From Takakia lepidozioides (lineage: Eukaryota > Plantae > Bryophyta), in the NCBI GenBank assembly GCA_030704615.1, contig CM060732.1, forward strand, positions 48,298,001 to 48,362,000: 64,000 nt of DNA, written 5' to 3'. Shown one piece after another: positions 60,901-64,000 of this stretch. The translations under genes were made by a program, and so were the position numbers. The notes beneath the pieces were generated by a model that saw only the letters and a program-made list of their open reading frames with translations, had not been told where the DNA came from and ran no database searches. The first letter of the stretch is position 1; the number at the start of each line of letters is the position of its first letter.

Positions 60901-63900
60901 TAACAACTCTGGATGTGAATGTCGTCAACGCCATTCAGGAACATTATCAATTCTAATCAGGGACACTATAAATACACCCTAAGCTCCTAATCTTGATGAA
61001 TTCAAATTCTCGCTTAAGAATGACTCAGACAAAGAAGTGAATGTCGTCAACGACATTCAATTTGGATCTATGATTACAATCCTTACGAAGCCTAATTATT
61101 TCCCAAAAAGTGCAGTAGAGTTTCCAGTATGATATTGCACCTGTACACAACTCGCATCATGGCCCACTCTCCTCCAACCTGACTGTCAAAGTCGTTGGAC
61201 CGTAAAATGTTACCATCTTTGGAGAACTCCCGGAAAAAACAGTATCTCCAGGTGAGACCTCTCCACTTCCTTATGTATGCCTCCAATGACATTTGGGGAG
61301 GGGAAACAATCGAAATGTTCAAGTCCTTCAAAGTCTGATCCAGCATAATGACGGCGCGCTTTTCGAGCTGCAAATTGTATATTTGTCAGTATTTTAAATA
61401 AGATACTCATCACATAATTGAAGAAAAGAAAACGGCTTATTTGAATACACACCTGACTCCAAAATGTAGCCTTGTGGAGCCAGTTATCAAATACCAAATC
61501 ATTGATTCCTTCCACATTTGTGCCAGGCTGTATGGTGCTCTTTGGGAACTGATTAAAGTCCTTTACTGTCTGATCTGAGTTCCATATCTCCAGCCACCTT
61601 ATTTTTGTTTGTGGGTCGACCATGGATATGGCCAGCCAGTGCAATTCCTCCTGCTGCATCTCCGGATGCACATGCTTGTCATAGTGAGATTTGATCTGCT
61701 GAAGGAACTCAGACCAAGTCGAGGATCTACTATTGTAAGCTGCTTTCCGAAGACAGACATCAATTTGGTTCTTCGCATTTCAGACTCCTTCTTTATTGTT
61801 GTTTCCACACCCTTTGATGTCCTTAGTTCCTCTGATGTAGTGCGGTAATATTCGGATTTTCCCTTCTCAGCTGCCTCTGCCAGTTCTTGCTGCATTGATT
61901 CAAATAGTGATTAGCACCGAAGGAACTACAAACATGTATTCGAAAAGTAAACTTAGTACAGACTCGGGCTTACCGCATACATGTACTCCAGAAACACCTC
62001 TCGAGTCAAAGAATACCAAGTGCATGCCTGCAGCTCTTCCTGTTTCGCACTTCTTGATTATATTGGGGTGGAGTACTGTCCGAAAATCATCCAGCTTCAT
62101 CAGACCAATCCTCTGAATTCGGAATAGTGTGTGGACCAAGCTTGTTGTCACATGCGATTTCTCTGTCGATCTGCAAAAACATTGGAAACATTGCATTCGT
62201 TAACACTGTATTTTTGGGATTAACAAGAAACTACAGAGGGGATGAAGTCTCTAGGATGACTTACTTGTTCACGTCGTGCATAGCTGTAAGAAGCCTAGCG
62301 ATGTCGTTTCTAGGATCCAAAACCATTGCCTCCACAGCAACATGCTTGTCTTTGTTTTTCGCATGATATTTCTGAATGTATCCCATCCATGCCAGCAATC
62401 GGTGGTTGCCGTCCCAGAAGTAGAACATGTGGTTGCAGAATTGCTGGGTGTTCTTTCCCATCATGAGGCCCAGCTCGAACTCCTCATTAGCATCTTTACA
62501 TCACTCATCCCAGGTATCACTGATCTCTGGAGACACTAATGTGCTTTTCCCATTTGTATCCATCAGTAACACATAAAAAACTTGTGCACCAAGTCTGTAT
62601 CCATGCACGAAATCACTCTCCAATTTTGTTATGTCATGGGAAAGAGGTGGACGCACAACAAGCATTACCTTTTGGAATAATATGAGTTCTTTCACCTTGT
62701 CAAGGTAGTGCACTTCAGATTCATCTGCTTCATCGCTATTCTCTGAACTTTTTCCAGACTCGTCCCCATCTCCAGATCCTTTCCCCTCTGATCCTGTAGG
62801 CTTGGACCTCACAGTTTTCTGCACGATGCCATTCAAATCTGACTGAGTAATGTGCAAATAGTGAACGGCGGTAACGACCATCACTCTGTCTCGTCTCAAC
62901 CTCACAATGAATGGTGTGAAACAAATTCAGAACCATCTACACAAGCAAAGCTGATCCTGCCGAATTCAAAACAAAACACTATGATTCTAGGGACACAAGA
63001 ACATAAAGGTTTTGAGCAAGAGCGAACGGCGTTAACGACAATCACAAAAGAGTGGGACCTGCCGGATTGGTGTTGTGCAATGACATATATGTGTAAGTGA
63101 TTGGCGGCAACGACACTCAGTATAGTTTAGGGCGGACAATAAGTGCAGATTATTCAGATTGACTCCATTGTGATGAACGTCGCAAGCATTCACTGTTTCT
63201 TGTCTATGTCGAGAGTACTTTCCAATCGATACTCTACCTGAATCTACAGTATGGTCTTCAAATCTTTGATTGGCGGTACGGCCTTTTCACTTCTCTATCT
63301 GTTCAACCTCAAACAAAGAAAATGCATTGCAAGACAATATGACTGAATATGTCGACCCTCACTCTCTCTTCAAACACATAGGTACATAAATCTCATGAGG
63401 AGAATCAAATGGCGTTGACAACGCTCGCAATTCAGTAGACTTCAATCACATGTTCCTACTTAAGAAGGGAAGAGGAAGGACTGCTTGAAAGGCAATCAGA
63501 CAGACTGTATGATCAGAACAACAGTGAATGACGGTACCGTCAGTCACCCACTCATTATGCGGAAAACCCTTAACAGAGGAGTAGAAAGCAAATCACCGTT
63601 GTTTCATGGTGATGGTCGGTAGCGACAATTCCTTTCTGGGACATTCCACTCAATCTCTACGTAGATCTTCAACAATGAAATAGAAGTTTAGAGAAAACTT
63701 ATTGGCGCCTTCTTAGGTTTTGAAATTGGATCCCCTTCTGCAGCTTTCCTCTTCCCTCTCACATCTGCTGAAATTTCTGTCTGCTCTAGGGTTTCTGGAC
63801 CTTCTCCCGGTTCAGCGTTCCCCGTACTTCCACCTCATTCAGTTTCTCTGCGAGTCATCTCTGCATCCACAGGCTGATTTCCAATGCGCACTGTTATCGC

Positions 63901-64000
63901 CGACTGTGTCACAACCACTGCCTCAGTCTCGGTCTACTCTTGTGAATCAGTCTCCGCGTTCACCTGCTGCCTTGGCCCTGTGTTCTCCAACAAACGATGC
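57933..64000 (-). pseudogene. Spliced gene for a ParB/Srx-like domain plus beta-class amino-DNA-methyltransferase-like protein (degraded copy)
   Basis: Exons read FYFWDGNHRLLAWM (~62390-62425), ADIVILDIPDG (motif IV-like, ~59300-59335), WRGAKEKSPAFMQILLESCS..RVVDLSVSTG|ATYHACKAGGRSLFGMESD (motifs X/I/II-like, 58660-58400), and an in-frame final exon to TGA at 57933. GT-AG introns, several stops and frameshifts are present. Confidence 0.72.
60281..61070. repeat. Intronic array of eight 22-bp palindromes in a ~310-320 bp higher-order repeat
   Basis: TGAATGTCGTCAACGACATTCA-like copies start at 60287, 60393, 60488, 60596, 60710, 60805, 60916 and 61038. Confidence 0.92.

Larger units (their letters stand above)
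57196..64000 (-). mobile_element. Probable DNA transposon or integrative element inserted into the L1, extending beyond the window
   Basis: Abrupt switch from L1 ORF2 to a GC-rich terminus (TAGCCTGG.., short hairpins, CACGTG/CCACGTCA motifs), then a multi-exon gene with C-to-T/G-to-A-type nonsense codons. No transposase is seen within the window. Confidence 0.55.

Noticed and set aside
60281-61070. CRISPR array
   Set aside because: Spacers are long (~75-100 bp) and themselves repeat with period three. The context is a eukaryotic intron with no cas genes.

Overview
Nuclear DNA from a land plant, most likely a non-seed plant (moss, lycophyte, fern or hornwort type), judged from PLS-PPR motif style, a Tcn1/sushi-like chromovirus and small introns. 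From left to right the window holds: (1) a decayed Ty3/gypsy chromovirus with a -1 frameshift signal and 3' LTR (~0.5-5.0 kb); (2) an RPA70-like TE gene remnant (~5.8-6.3 kb); (3) a broken minus-strand locus joining OSB-type 'WWDNR..PDF' repeats to PLS-PPR motifs (7.8-11.4 kb); (4) an intact intronless PB1-domain gene (13.7-16.3 kb); (5) a frameshifted SKIP14/28-like F-box gene (19.1-20.6 kb); (6) a large multi-exon VPS13X-like gene (22.3-46.8 kb, minus) whose introns hold an RTE-like LINE, stacked LINE 3' tails and a 145-bp LTR-like element containing a tRNA-like sequence; (7) a LINE remnant and a PLS-PPR gene with a decayed E domain (48.7-52.4 kb); (8) an L1 LINE; (9) a probable DNA element (57.2 kb to the window end) that interrupts the L1. 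The last element carries a spliced gene with a ParB-like 'DGNHR' domain and a beta-class amino-(N4C/N6A)-methyltransferase-like domain, and its introns carry arrays of a 22-bp palindrome. This ParB/MTase/palindrome system and the tRNA-bearing mini-LTR are the most interesting observations. All family assignments are from motif recognition by eye; no searches were run.
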